Assembly: GCA_951406725.2 (NCBI GenBank)
Contig: OX597821.1
Location: 105,896,001-105,960,000, forward strand
Origin: Octopus vulgaris
Taxonomy: Eukaryota
Length of the DNA: 64,000 nucleotides
Reading direction: 5' to 3'
Shown here: one piece after another, positions 11,705-25,536 of the stretch
Position numbering within the stretch: position 1 is the first letter of the stretch
How the letters are laid out: each line of letters begins with the position of its first letter
Made by a program: the position numbers and the translations under genes
The notes under the pieces: model-generated
Databases searched by the model: none
Told to the model about the DNA's origin: nothing
What the model saw: the letters and a program-made list of their open reading frames with translations, nothing else

Positions 11705-11757
<53 letters not shown>

Positions 11758-12025
11758 AATATATATAAGTTCAGCAAAATTTAGATTCAAATGAATATGC
11801 TGCTTGCTTTGAGTATATATATATATATATGTATATTATAAAACAATTATTCTTAGCACAAAACCATACACGCATACATACATACGTACACACATATATG
11901 TGTATATGTATATATGTTTCTGTCTCCTTAACTCCCTCTCTCCATCACACAGATTCACTCTTTCTCTCTCTCTCTCTCTCTCTCCCTCTCTCTTTCTCTC
12001 TGTTTGTGTGTTTGCGTGTGAAAGA

Positions 12026-12071
<46 letters not shown>

Positions 12072-12885
12072 GCGTGTGTGCGCGTATGCACCTGAGTACA
12101 CTCACATACACCACACGTACACGTAAACATTCTCTCTCTTGCACACGCACACACACACATACACTCACACAGACACACACTTGCCCCACCAGCATTCTCT
12201 TCTATAACTTATTAAATCACTTTAAATGTATTAAGATCCAGCCGTCAACTTATTAAAAGTCAATGCGAAAACTTCGAAACAAGTTTTAATCAGTGTGCGA
12301 TTATCTACTTATACTCTCGTTATGAAATTAATATCCTCGAATCAAAGACGTAATTCAAAGGAATATCCGTCACTAGTCAGTTTCTGGAAGGAAGTTAATC
12401 ATTTCAAAAGCTACATAGAATTATTTTTCCTATGTGGTATATATTCGATCGTATGCTTAGTGTATTGACAAACTATAGTTTTACATATTGAATTAGATTT
12501 TACGATACGATGTATTAATAGCGATCTGATGTTAGCTCTGATGGGAACTCTGGATCTGATGTTAGTTCATATGGAAATACTAATGATGGTAATCAATCAA
12601 TGTCTTGAAGTATACTAAGTACTTTTTCTGTATGCCTGTTGGTCTGTATGTTACATTATTCATTGAGAGAGACAAGCAGACAGAGAGATTAAGAGATCGA
12701 TAAAAGGGAGATATGGAAGTTAGTGTGAGGAGGAATGAGATAAGAATTCAGACACAGTGAGAGATTATTATTAAATAGCAAGTTCGCATGTATATAATAG
12801 TTACAAAGCTGAGGAAATTCTAGTCGCTGACATGATGTCAATCGGGACAGTTATACTGAGAAATATTAGTCGAGAAATTTCATCT

Positions 12886-12894
12886 AATAATAAC

Positions 12895-12944
<50 letters not shown>

Positions 12945-12997
12945 TAATAATAATAATAATAACAATAATAATAATAATGATAATAATAATAACAATG

Positions 12998-13054
<57 letters not shown>

Positions 13055-13061
13055 TAATATG

Positions 13062-13137
<76 letters not shown>

Positions 13138-13143
13138 TGAATG

Positions 13144-13218
<75 letters not shown>

Positions 13219-13300
13219 TTAATAATAATAATAATGATAATAATAATTAAAATAATAATAATATTAATAATAATAATAATGATGATAATAATAATAATAT
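12886..13300. repeat. long (TAA)n microsatellite
   Basis: Visible trinucleotide array with TGA/CAA variants. Confidence 0.97.
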
Positions 13301-13822
13301 AGTACCAGGCATTCGCTCTCATAGTTGCTCATCTTAACAAATTGAAAGCGTTGTCATATACATTACTTTGTCTTAGTATAAAAGATGAGTTACAGCAAAT
13401 ATTCTGCTCAATACCACAGATTTGCGTATCGCTTGTTTGACCGTAACCAGTTGAGTATGTCCTTTGGTGGCTGGCAATATGTGCTTCTCTGATCACGAAC
13501 AGAAGTAGATATGCTAAGGGGAAATTGGGGGGGGGGATTATTTACCCCGGAAGCATGGGTGCTTCGTTCAAGCTACTTAAACAGCTGTAATCCAGGGACA
13601 TTTTGAGCAGAAATGGCTACTCGATCTGACGAAAATTCTAACTGGGCTCCTCCTGGAAGGTCATGTGCTGTCTATCTTGATATGAGATCACCATGTTGCG
13701 CATACACCTTGTGATGCATGAGCCTAGTGTACCCTTATCAGACGAGTAGTCGTGATGGGTGTACTGGGCTTCGTATATTTTACCCCAGTGTCACTTTGAT
13801 GGTATGCACTGCTCTCTCACTC
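13301..13822. mobile_element. non-coding, about 550-bp interspersed element in (TAA)n, copy 1
   Basis: Colinear with 56063-56610; both copies are bounded by (TAA)n and end in ctctctcactc. Confidence 0.85.
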
Positions 13823-13909
13823 AATAGTATTAATAATAATAGTAATAATAATAATAATAATAATAATAGCTACAACAACATCAACAATAATAGTAATAGT
13901 GCTAATGAT

Positions 13910-14896
13910 AAAGGAAGGACTGATCTTTGCTGCACAAGCCTAATGCCTAACTACAAACAATTATACAAACAAAATAATAAAAAGAGACACTATCAACAAA
14001 TGCAGAATGTGCAGCCTGCACAATGAGACTGTTGACCACATCATCTCGGGCTGCCCAATTGTTGCCATGTCTGAATATATATATACATACCTGAAAAAGT
14101 AAGCAGTTATATCTACCGTACAATATGTCAATATTAGAATATTACAGCTGACATTAGGTGGTATAAGCATGTGTTGTTGTTTGTTCCTTCTCGAGCCATG
14201 CCTGGCTCATAAGGGCCGGTTTCCCGGTTGCTTGTCGTATAGGTTCTCCACCCGGACGGGACACCGGTCCGTCGCAGGTGAGCTGCAAGATGCAGGAGGA
14301 AAGAGTGAGAGAAAGTTGTGGCGAATGAGTCAGCAGAAGTTCGCCATTACCTTCTGCCAGAGCCGCGTGGAGCTTAGGTGTTTTCGCTGATAAACACACA
14401 CATCACCCGGTCTGAGATTCGAACCCGCGATCCTTCGACCGCGAGTCCGCTGCTCTAACCACTAGGGCCATGTACCTCCACATAAGCAAGTGCCAAACAA
14501 GCTACAAGAATAGACCAGGCCACAATCATCTAGAATATGCCAGTTCAAGCCGACAAAGATATATATGCTAATCACCCTGACATAAAAATCAAGGAAAACA
14601 CAACTGCATACTAATAACCACAGCAGTCCCTTCTGATCAAATATTGCCAAAAAAAAAAAAAAAAAAAGGTGGAAGAATTAGCAAAGCACAAAACCCTTGA
14701 AATTGACGTATTCAAGATATGGGTAATGAATATAAAAACAATACTAATAGTAATTGGGTCATTGGGCATGATAAAAAGTAAACATATGAACAAAAATGTA
14801 GGAGCTATACCTGGATCCTCAAATCTACGCACTGTCCCCAAACTAGCCCTGCTGGGAACAGCCCACCTCATACGCAAGACACTGTCAATCCAATAA
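13910..14896 (+). mobile_element. degenerate R4/Dong-like non-LTR retrotransposon, 3' fragment (CCHC plus restriction-like endonuclease)
   Basis: Pieces translate as KCRMCSLHNETVDHIISGCP, ANHPDI and IVIGSLGMI...ALLGTAHLIRKTL. Frameshifted and interrupted by a SINE. Confidence 0.85.
14170..14481 (-). mobile_element. tRNA-derived SINE (family C) with V-domain-like segment and 7-bp TSD
   Basis: Minus-strand A box (ctagtggttagagc) and B box (ggttcgaatc); cctgcgacggaccggtgtcccgtcc segment; (CAA)n tail. ATAAGCA is duplicated at 14163-14169 and 14482-14488. Confidence 0.88.
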
Positions 14897-15287
14897 TACA
14901 GCCTAAACAAAGAAATATATGCTTGGATACTGTTGTTTATTTTGCTGTTGATCAAATTTCAACTTTACGCTTTCTATATATATTCTGTGAAGCTGTTCGA
15001 ATATATTTTACATATTCTCTTCCTTTGGAATGTATTTTATTGTGCATTTTGTATCTTCTTTTTATTTCCGGGTAGCTTCAAATATCTGTATTCCTTTTTT
15101 TCCATCTCCCTGAAATAAAATGTAATAATACATTTTCTCGCAAAATAAAAAAGCTATATTGTTTTATTTTATTAATCTCGGTTTGCTGAAAATCGAAGTT
15201 TTGGAAATATTACGAGTATTTATTTTAGATAAACACTGTACCACATCGAGTAAACTGCTTTGTTTTTCTCTCTCTTTTTTTTAATCT

Positions 15288-15668
15288 ATTATTTGTTTCA
15301 GTCATTTGACTGCAGCCATGCTGGAGCACCGACATTAGTCGAGCAAATCAACTCCAGGACTTATCCTTTGTAAGCCTAGTACTTATTCTATCGGTCTCTT
15401 TTGCTGAACCGCTTGGTTACGGGGACGTAAACACACCAGCATCGCATGTCAAGCAATGTTACAGGGACAAACACAGACACACAAACACACACACACATGT
15501 ATACGACGGGCTTCTTTCAGTTTCCGTCTACAAAATCCACTCACAAGGCTTTGGTCGGCCCGAAACTATAGAAGAAGACATTTGGGCAAGGTGCCACGCA
15601 GTGGGACTGAACCCGGAACCATGTGCTTGGTAAGCAAGCTACTTATTACAAGCCACTCCTGCGCCTAT
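15288..15668 (-). mobile_element. SINE family A, full length
   Basis: Head, core, internal (TG)n and tail all present. Confidence 0.9.
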
Positions 15669-15711
15669 GAGTTTAAAATTAATGCGAATTTTATCTCTTA
15701 AAAGAAGAAAA

Positions 15712-15885
15712 GATGATAATGAAGATGATGCTGGAGATGATGAGGTCAATAACGACAGCGAAGTTAATAATGATGAAGATGATGATGACAAAGATATGGA
15801 TGAAAGTGATAGTGATGATAATGATGATCACGTTGACGACGATAATGATTTGGAGGAAGTGGAGATGGTGGAGGAAGAGGATATC
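15712..15885. repeat. degenerate (GAT)n low-complexity tract
   Basis: GAT/GAC/AAT triplets. Confidence 0.8.
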
Positions 15886-17682
15886 AAATGAATTATAGAG
15901 AAATAGTGGAGTAGATGGTTATCCGTGTTACTCGATATAATTTCGGTAAATTTGTCAGCGATTCATTTACATTAAAAGATACATAACTCAGCACAAACTA
16001 GATTGATGTTACAAGATTCCATTTTCCGAATAAATTTCTTTTCTAAGATTTATTGATATTCATATTTCTCTTATTACTTTCCTCCCGTGCCAATATTAAT
16101 ATTTTGTATGTTTTTTTTGTCTTCGGCGTGTACATCAATGATAAAAATCTCTCATTGTTACCAGCTTCCATTTCTATTCGTCCCCAGTTACAGCACCGGA
16201 TGTTCTATATTCTTTTACTAACAGTGTTCGATGTAATTTTGGATTTATCTGGCTGGAGTACATAATCACTTGTTGAATCCATGTGGAATGACTTCAATTT
16301 CAGATCCAGAAAAAGTGATTTATTTTCAACGTTCAAGCACCTCTAGAAATAACTTAACGCTAACATAGCACTGAATATTTTCCATGTGTTAGGTTCCATC
16401 TCTTTGGAATCTCTTTGGATTTTCTAAAATAAACAAACATTACACCTACTTTTGAATCCATAATGGACATTCTATTATATCGGAATTTACAGCCGAAATT
16501 TTACTATTGTTTTCATTTTCCTAGTTTCTTTGAGAACAATTTTTAATGTGTTTACATACGTAGTTGCTAAGTTAAGAATATTACATCGTTTATGTATCAG
16601 GAATGCGATTCTTAACAAAGTTAACAGCAGCTATATTTTATCGGTTTCTTCAAACATAAATAGTCATCACTCTGGAAATTTCGATGAAAGAAGTCATAAA
16701 ACAGAATTATTAATCTTCTTTTGTTTAGAAAGCTGAACATAAAACGAATGCCAATTGCCAATCGAATTTCTGCTGAAAATTATTTAAAATCTTTCTACAA
16801 GTTCCGCGATAAATTAACGAATATCGGTTATTGATCGTACAGGGAAAACAAGTCAGTGCATTTCAAAAGATTATCTAAAGAAAATAATTTACAAAGAATA
16901 CTTGAAAGAGCTTTTGAATATCTGAAAATCTGAAAGGAATTATATTTCTACATTATCTAATAAATATTCTTTGGATTACTTCGTAAACTTTTTACTTGTT
17001 AACATATACTGTGGTATAACTGGGAGCATCTTGTGTGTTATATTTAAGTACGATTTTAAATGTTGTTGTTTTTTTTCTGTGTGAAAATTTGGCTTTCAGC
17101 CAAATAGCCAGTTGCACTCAAATTCTGGTCATCTCGTTTTATTATTTGAAAATACTACTATGTAATCACTAAGAGAGAACATTCGAAATAAAATGATTCG
17201 AGAACGGAGAAGAGCAAACGGTGTGATCGCAGATTACGAAAAGCACCAGTTCCGCTGGGTTTGATGTGTCGCTAGTTTCACACACAACACATGAACCCCT
17301 GAAGTTACTGAGTGGTATCCAAGGCCACTTGGAAGTCCTCCACGATGATGGAAAGTCAATTTGGTCAATAAATTTGGGTCAAGATGAAATCAAGAGAAAA
17401 TTAGAAACACAATTTGTCAATCGGTGTGTAACATTATCTGGTGACATAAACGATACTGTGATATTGTGACTTTTATGCTTAAAAACGAAGTTTTTAAGTG
17501 AGATTGCTCTGCTAGTGCTAGAAATTCAGCGAACGATTACATAGATATTCTCATCTATGTAAAGGGAAACAGCAACGGACACAAAAGCAACACCAGCAAT
17601 GTACTGTCGTGAGTTGATACCTGACATTCTTTCTCCAAGTGAATGGTTAATACATTTAGAAAGGGAAGACATATAATAATAG

Positions 17683-18455
17683 ACATAGCAATTAAACAGA
17701 AAGCAATTTATACATATTGAGTGCTTTTAGTTTCAGACGAATATATTTTGCTTCGCTTTTCTTTGAGACGCATGCAAGCGTTTTCCAGTTTCATATTCGA
17801 AGTTTCAGATTTTCCCGTTTCCTGTTGTACAGGAAATGCGTTTTGAACGTTATACTATCATTCATGATATTTTTCCCCATAGCCTCGTCGGTGAATGCAT
17901 TTTTCACTTCAACGTCAATAATATTTTTTTTCATGGAGAACTTCCCGTCTGATATCTTTAGTGTACGCATGTCTGTTTGTATACTTGTTTACCTGTATAC
18001 ACCTGTAAATGTTTTTTTTACTATTATATAGTTTCTTGGAATATGATTATTGAAGCTGAAATATAATTAAAAATATGTTAAAATGAAGAACATTTAGAAA
18101 TAAATGAGGCTTCTCTTTGTGTCTATGAGTAAAAATTAGGTGCTATATTCCTCGATTCATTCCATCTAGCTGGAAATTGAATCAGAAGGAACACGCAACT
18201 CACTATGCGACGTAATCATTCCATAATTAACAGATAAATCAGAGCTTTAGATATACAAGAAACTGTTTTTCCTTTTCTTCGTAAAGGTTACGGCACATAT
18301 CTATGCTATGCTTAAGATGAAGTTACAGAAATGTAGACGCAATAGATTCATATGGCATAAAACAAATTACTGTACTCGAAAACGAACTTTGACCTTGATT
18401 TCAAATCCTGGCACAAGGCCAGCGATTTTGTATGATGGAGATAAGTTGATTACAT
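17683..18455. repeat. local duplication, copy 1 (paralogs at about 21715-21975 and 22748-23510)
   Basis: Shared blocks include gaaagcaatttata.atattgagtgcttttagttt, tacgcatgtc.gtttg, gtatacacctgta and tacggcacatatctatg. Confidence 0.85.
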
Positions 18456-18581
18456 CACAAATATCGAATCATCTTAACATGTTAATATGTCAAAATTATT
18501 GTTGTAGACTACTCTAAACAATATTTTGGGAAATAGCAAGAGGTGGTTACACTTCATGTCAGATTCAATATATTTGTTCTT

Positions 18582-19070
18582 AAGGCGGTGAGCTGGCAGA
18601 AACGTTAGCACGCTGGGTGAAATGCTCAGCAGTATTTCGTCTGTCACTACGTTCTTAGTTCAAATTCCGCCGAAGTAGACTTTGCCTTTCATCCTTTCGG
18701 GGTCGATTACATAAGTACCAGTTTCGCACTGGAGTCGATGTAATCGACTTAATCCGTTCGTCTGTCCTTGTTTGTCCTCTCTGTATTTAGCCCGTTGTAT
18801 GTAGTAAAGAATAGGTATTTCGTCTGCCGTTACGTTCTGAGTTCAAATTCCGCCGAGGTCGACTTTGCTTTTCATCCTTTCGGAGTCTATAAATTAAGTA
18901 CCAGTTACGCACTGGAGTCGATGTAATCGACTTAATCCGTTTGTCTGTCCTTGTTTGTCCTCTCTGTGTTCAGCCCCTTGTGGGTAGTAAAGAAATAGGT
19001 ATTTCGTGTGTCGTTCAAATTCCGCCGAGGTCGACTTTGCCTTTTATCCTTGCGGGGTCGATAAATTAAG
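18582..19070 (+). mobile_element. SINE family B, head-to-tail multimer
   Basis: Head aaggcggtgagctggcaga; units restart at 18814 and 18998 with ggtatttcgt. Confidence 0.88.
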
Positions 19071-21140
19071 ACTGGCCCCCGCCCCTTAAACTTTCGGGCC
19101 GTGTACCTCGAGAAGAAAATAATATTTTCGTACTTGAGAAAAACGAGGACTGCCTTGGTTTTTCGACGCGTGTATAGCAATTTTTTCTGTCTTTAAACAT
19201 TGTAGAAGGGAACTATATAATTATCCCACGGTCATGTCTACCTGTTAGATATAACATATTCATTATGCATGTATGAAATTTCTGTCGATTTTGAATATCT
19301 GTTATGTATTGTAGAATTCTCCATAAGATATTCTAGGAATATCTTAAGGAGAATCACGTATGCATTCTAAGTATTCTACGAACTTAAATTGATTGAAGAG
19401 CTTATTATGTTCCATATTTCACATCATTTGCTAACATAGGTTACTGCTCCCGTTCCTGAAAACATGTAGAAACCCAGCTAATATTGCAGTGAACGGAGAG
19501 CACAATACATTACTTCTAACCACTGATTCATCGATATTTTACTACAGAACTGAAAACAATGTAGATCTCAATCCTCACTGCTGTAAAATATAAGATGGAA
19601 ACGAAGAATTATGTGTTGCAGATTATTTTTCTTATATTTAAATACTTTTATAGATCTTTGTTAGACTCTCTTATTATTAGGCTACAATGTTCTACTCAAT
19701 ATGTTCGCGTGTTTTTCCCCTTTTCTTCGATGCAGTCCAAAGATGTTTAAGTAAATTTCTTATCAAAATATTTAAACTATCATCACAAGTTTTATCTAAA
19801 TATTATTTAGGACTTAAAAGTATATTATGAAATGGGTATCGCTTTTATGGGCGTTATGTAATTTTAGAACGATTGTTCACCCCATGATGAGAGAAGAATC
19901 ATAGCAGTGCTCACTAGCATGACAATGTAAATGTAGAAAATTCAAATTAATGGGATGATATGCTAAAAATATTAGCCAATTTTTCTAGTGCCATGATGCA
20001 GTCTTTATACGGGAAGGACATAGTTCTATACTCAGGGGGAAAAATGTAAATCATAGACATATATAGCATTTCTTACGCCTTAAAACTATGTATTATGTGC
20101 ATATGAGCGTTTCCTTTTTTTTTTTTTTGCACAGTTGTTTAGATATGAGTGGTGAAAAGGTCGTAGGGTTTGAGTTACAAATGAAATGAATATAGGGTTA
20201 GTTTCTGACCACCGAATCTTCCTCAGATGTTATAATAATTCTGGTTGTCCTACCGTTACTTAGCCCGTCCGTAAGGCTTCCACGTAATTATTTGAAGGGG
20301 ATGGAGAAATGGGGGAAAAGTAGGATGGTAGAAGTGGAGGGAAGGAAGTGATAAAGGTGGGATGCAGATGGCTGCGGGTAGATGTGGAGGGAAAGTTGGT
20401 GGTGATTGAAATTTGTTAATTTTTTTTAACTAACCTTTTTCCTCCGATACTTAGCTCATCCGTATCGCTTTCACGTGATTAGCTGAAAGGAAAGGTGAAG
20501 AGCGAAAGAAAAAGGAGAGAGAAAATGAAGGTCAGGTGAATAATGAGAGAGAAAAAGAGTGTTGTGTTTTAAGCCTATAAAATTGTGCATAAATATAGAA
20601 AATGTATATTTAAAGTGCATCAAATAATCATCATATTCCAATTTACTTCACTTTTCAATTACTTCCATGTGAGCGGCTAACTTTTGATACAGAGACAGCA
20701 CAAGGAGCGTTTTCAGGTTTTTTGGATAAAGTTTTCAGAAATAACTGTACAAGTTTATCATTAATTCCGAGAAATATTCACGGGTCCCGATAGTACAACA
20801 ATAACCTAACTGCTGACACAATAAAACTCACTGATATTACAGCTGATATTTCCATATATTGGTCCATATTCTCCACAACTATATGCTAGTCACTTAGAAC
20901 CTGGGCAACTGGAGCCAAATTCACATTGGTCCCATCATACGAGACACCTAATGTCAACTACAATTAAGGCATGCTGATCGTGTGTTAATGGCAATAAACT
21001 TTACAAGCTGATCAACATCTACCACCAAAATTTACAATTGCACGCGACAACGGACTCATGTCCAGTATTAGATGAAGTTAGTATATAATAGTGTCCTGAA
21101 AAGCTTTGGAATAAAACAATGTAAAGGTCATTCATAACTC

Positions 21141-21348
21141 TATTTTATTCTTTTATTTGTTTCAGTCATTTGACTGCGGCCATACTGAAGCAACACCTTT
21201 AGTCGAGCAAATCGACCCCAGGACTTATTCTTTCTAAGCCCAGTACTTATTCTATCGGTCTCTTTTGCCGAACCGCTAGGTGACGGCGACATAAACACAC
21301 AAGCATCGGTTGTCAAGCAATGCTCGGGGGACAAACACAGACACACAA

Positions 21349-21411
<63 letters not shown>

Positions 21412-21602
21412 CATATATATATATATATACATATATACGAGGGTCTTCTTTCAGAAACCGTCTACCAAATCCACTCACTAGGCTTTGGTCGGCCCGAGGC
21501 TATAGCAGAGAACACATGCCCAACATGCCCCGCAGTGCGACTGAACCCGGAACAATGTGGTTGGTAAGAAAGCTACTTACCACACAGCCACACCTGCGCC
21601 TA
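21141..21602 (-). mobile_element. SINE family A, full length with expanded internal microsatellite
   Basis: Colinear with 15288-15668. Confidence 0.9.
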
Positions 21603-21714
21603 TAAGATCATAAGTTTTAGTGCAAAAGATAACTGTGGATCTGACAAATTCTATATGCGCTATATTAACATCAAATCCTGGTTAAAACTAAATCGATATC
21701 TTTGTGGATTTATG

Positions 21715-21975
21715 TGACGTCATATATTCCTTAATCTCGTCGGTAAATGCGTTTTTGACTTCAACGACAACATCAAAATTTTTATGGAGAATGCTTTTAG
21801 CATACGCATGTCCGTTTGGATTCCTTTTTACCTGTATACACCTGTAGCTTATTACTGATATATATTTTCTTTGAATATGGTTATTGAAGCCGAAACACAA
21901 TTTAAACTTTCTTTAAAATATTTAGAAAATAAATGAGTTTCTCTTGGCGTCTATAAGTCAAAGTAGATGTTTTCA
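21715..21975. repeat. local duplication, partial copy 2
   Basis: Aligns to about 17870-18145. Confidence 0.75.
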
Positions 21976-22747
21976 TTTGTTTTTTTTTTTTTTGTTTCTT
22001 TTTAATCCCGAAAGAAATTTAATTTCATATAAGACAAAAAGAAAACGAAAAGAAAAACATATCACATATTGTAGAAGCTGCCATATGCTACCTGTTTTAT
22101 GAAATAATCCAGCTGAATTAAAATTTCGATACTTTGATAGCGTCAAACAACTGGTAACGTACAGAGATAAGTACTCTAAAGAATAGTTTGCTGCGAGAAT
22201 ATTTACCAAAACACGGTTATAATAATAATTCCTTCCTTTTATGGAATTATTCATTAGCATGAGTGTTACCAAGCGAACGAAAGAAGCAATTTGACGATGT
22301 TGTTCAAAACAGCACGATAATTGAATTTGTTTTGATGTTTACATTGAGAAATTGTTTTACACTGAGAAATAGTGAACACGGTTTAGAATGCAATTTGTAT
22401 TAGTTTTCGAAATTCATGCACAGAAGATTGTATGCATGGAAAAGTTGATAAATTCTAAATAATCTGGAGCTTAGGCATCTAAATATATATTTCATATTAT
22501 CGTATATTCATCTGCAATTCCACATTCTTTTGCAGAACATTTTGAATCGTTAAGTTTCATATTCCTTTAGTCTATTCATTTAGTAACTTGTAAAAAATAC
22601 ATTAAAAAAATTAAACCCATCTACAGTAATATGTTCGGAAATAACAGAGAGCCTAATATAAAGTGCTGAAGCCTTTTAATGTTACACGAGAATGGAATAT
22701 ACTAAACAAGATGTTAGATTGAATCTGAGCGGCGGAGAAACTTGTCA

Positions 22748-23510
22748 CATTTAGCAATTATACGGAAAGCAATTTATATATATTGAGTGCTTTTAGTTTG
22801 AGACAAAAATATTTTGTATTTAATGCGCTTTGGTTTCACAGTCAACGCATGGTAGTGTCTTCCAATTTCAGGATCGAAATTTCAAATTTTCTCGTTGCCT
22901 TTACTATAGGAAATATGTTTTGAATGTTATGCTTTCGTTCACTTTTTATTCCTTAGTCTTTTCAGTGAATGCGTTTTTCAATACAAAGTCAATATTCAAA
23001 TTTTTATGGAGGACTTCCCGTATGATGTTTTTGGCGTACGCATGTCTGTTTGTGTTCTTGTTTACCCGTATACACCTGTAGGTTTTTCTGTTCATTATTT
23101 TAGTTTCATGGAAATGTTTCTTGAAGCCGAAGCAATTAGACATATATTGAGAATGTAAGAGTATTTAGAAAGCATATCCTAGCGTCTGTAAATAAAAGTA
23201 TGATGTTATATTCCTCGACTCATTCTCTCTAGCTAGAAATAGGATTTCAAGGGAGGCGCAACAAACGATGCTGTGAATGAATAAACTGCAATAATTTCAT
23301 AATTAACTGATAAAGAAGAGCTATAGATATACAACAAACAGTTTTTCCTATTCTTCGTAAAGTCTACGGCACATATCTATGGTATTGCAGACGCAATAGA
23401 TTCACATGAAATAAAAAAAAATACTGAACTCGATAATGTCCCTTTACATTGACTTCAAATCTTGGCACAAGGCCAGCAACTTTGTAGGAAGGAAGGAATT
23501 TGATTACATC
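22748..23510. repeat. local duplication, copy 3
   Basis: Aligns to 17683-18455 end to end. Confidence 0.85.
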
Positions 23511-24663
23511 CACTCTAAAACTCAACTGCTTCTTATTTTATCGATCCGGAAAGGTTGAATGGCAAATTCGACCTCGGCGGAATTTGACCTCAGAACGTTT
23601 AGACGAACGCATTCATACTTTACAGCTTGGAAAGAAAAGAATGTTGGCATACAAGGTTTTTTCAACCATGTTCAAACGTTTATATTTATATTCTAACCTT
23701 TATATTTATATTCTAATCAAAATAACTTGAAGCGTTTTCATGTGGTGGGGTACACAGTTGCATATGAAATGCCAAATTTCATCACAATGCGAATTTTCAC
23801 ACGCGTCCGCAGTAAAAAAAATTAAATGTTGAATTACTTATTTCTGTGTATCCTTCGAAGTTGGTTTGTACTCTTAGGATTCTATGCAATCGCTGTCTGA
23901 TTTCTTAATCAAGTCGTTTGTAGAAAACATTCCAAATGAAACGTGTCAATTTTCTAAGCCAAACAAAATCTGAAAATATTTTGTTTCTAGCGTCATGTTG
24001 TTCATAATACTATGTAATGTTATGTAGCGAAAATTTCACGGATCTATTTGTAAGTTAGTCCGTGCACATTTGCGTCTATGCGTGTTTCTGTGTATATATT
24101 TTTGGTTGAATGTGCTGGTGTTAAATAGTTATTAAATAGAGATATTTCTGAATAGGTGCTTAAGTTAAACACAGTCCATATAAACATACACATTAATTTC
24201 TATAGCAACGGATGCTGTGAAGGAAATAAAACATCACAGACGAAGTGTGTGAGAAAGCATGGCTTCAATTGTATGGAAAAGAAACTACACGAATTTTCGT
24301 TTCAACTGAATATTTGAAAAGAAGAAAATTTAAAGGAAGTAGATTTACTTACGAACAAATGTTTTTGATGTATATAGTTTGAAGCTTGAATATGAGTTAT
24401 TTTCAATAACTTGCCAAAATGTTATTCGCTTTTCGGAATTTAACAAACCAGACGCTTAGGAATAGATGTAAAAAACATACATTATAGTGAAATAATTCAA
24501 ACGTGTTTGTTTTCCTCAAATAAAAGAATACACACTGAGACATTGGCAAGAAATATGTATGTAGGTATGTAGGTATCTACACAAACATATTCACAGAGAT
24601 TCAAACGCATTTATATAATATTACACACACACACACGCATACACACATACACACACACAAACA

Positions 24664-24723
<60 letters not shown>

Positions 24724-24726
24724 CAG

Positions 24727-24787
<61 letters not shown>

Positions 24788-25536
24788 GACAGAGGTGTGT
24801 GCATATGTATATGTATGTATATATATATAGTGGCATATATGTACTTATGTACATATATATCCACACACGCACACACATGAGCATTACAAAGGTTAAACCT
24901 CAAATATATAAAATATGATAAACAAATTTTTCTTATCGATCTAAATGCATAATTTAAAAAAAAATTCATAAAAGTCTTCCATATATGCCTCTATGTCACA
25001 AGTGCCAATTTTTCCTGCGTGAGAAACAGTGCATACTGCGACACTTCACATTTCCAAACCATCGATGTAAGTACTTGAGTTTTGTTTCAAATAAGCATTC
25101 TTATCCCATCGAAGCTCTCTGGAGAATTCTTTTTCGTAATGGTTATTCCATTGTTGTCATGGAAAAACAAAGTATACAAGTATGGATTTAGATGATGTAA
25201 AAGGATTCGAAGCGGTTATCACCGTGAATTTAATATAAGGGTCTTTACCTCTATGCTCCATATTCTTTCATATGTAGTCAATACATACATCCGAAAATAG
25301 TAACACGTATAACACAAATCGAATTGTGGTTACCCACTGTTATCTAGTACTACAGGTATAGGAATGAGACTTTTTTACATTGTTTAATGTAAGGACTGAA
25401 TTTTATAAACTGTCTGTAGAAAAGCAGAATATAACATTGAACTTTCCTCTCCTAACATCCACCATACATTGCAGTGGTCAGACCATTAATCACCGTGGGA
25501 TTAGATTTAATTTAAATATATATATATGGACGTGCA

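Noticed and set aside
14405-14481. tRNA gene calls here and at 27268 and 62611
   Set aside because: No complete acceptor stem, and each continues into a SINE body and tail.
15667-15891. Acidic D/E-rich ORF
   Set aside because: Decayed (GAT)n microsatellite with no splice or homology support.
20251-20720. Possible second Helitron-like element on the minus strand
   Set aside because: Terminal hairpin and CTAG are too degenerate to support a call.
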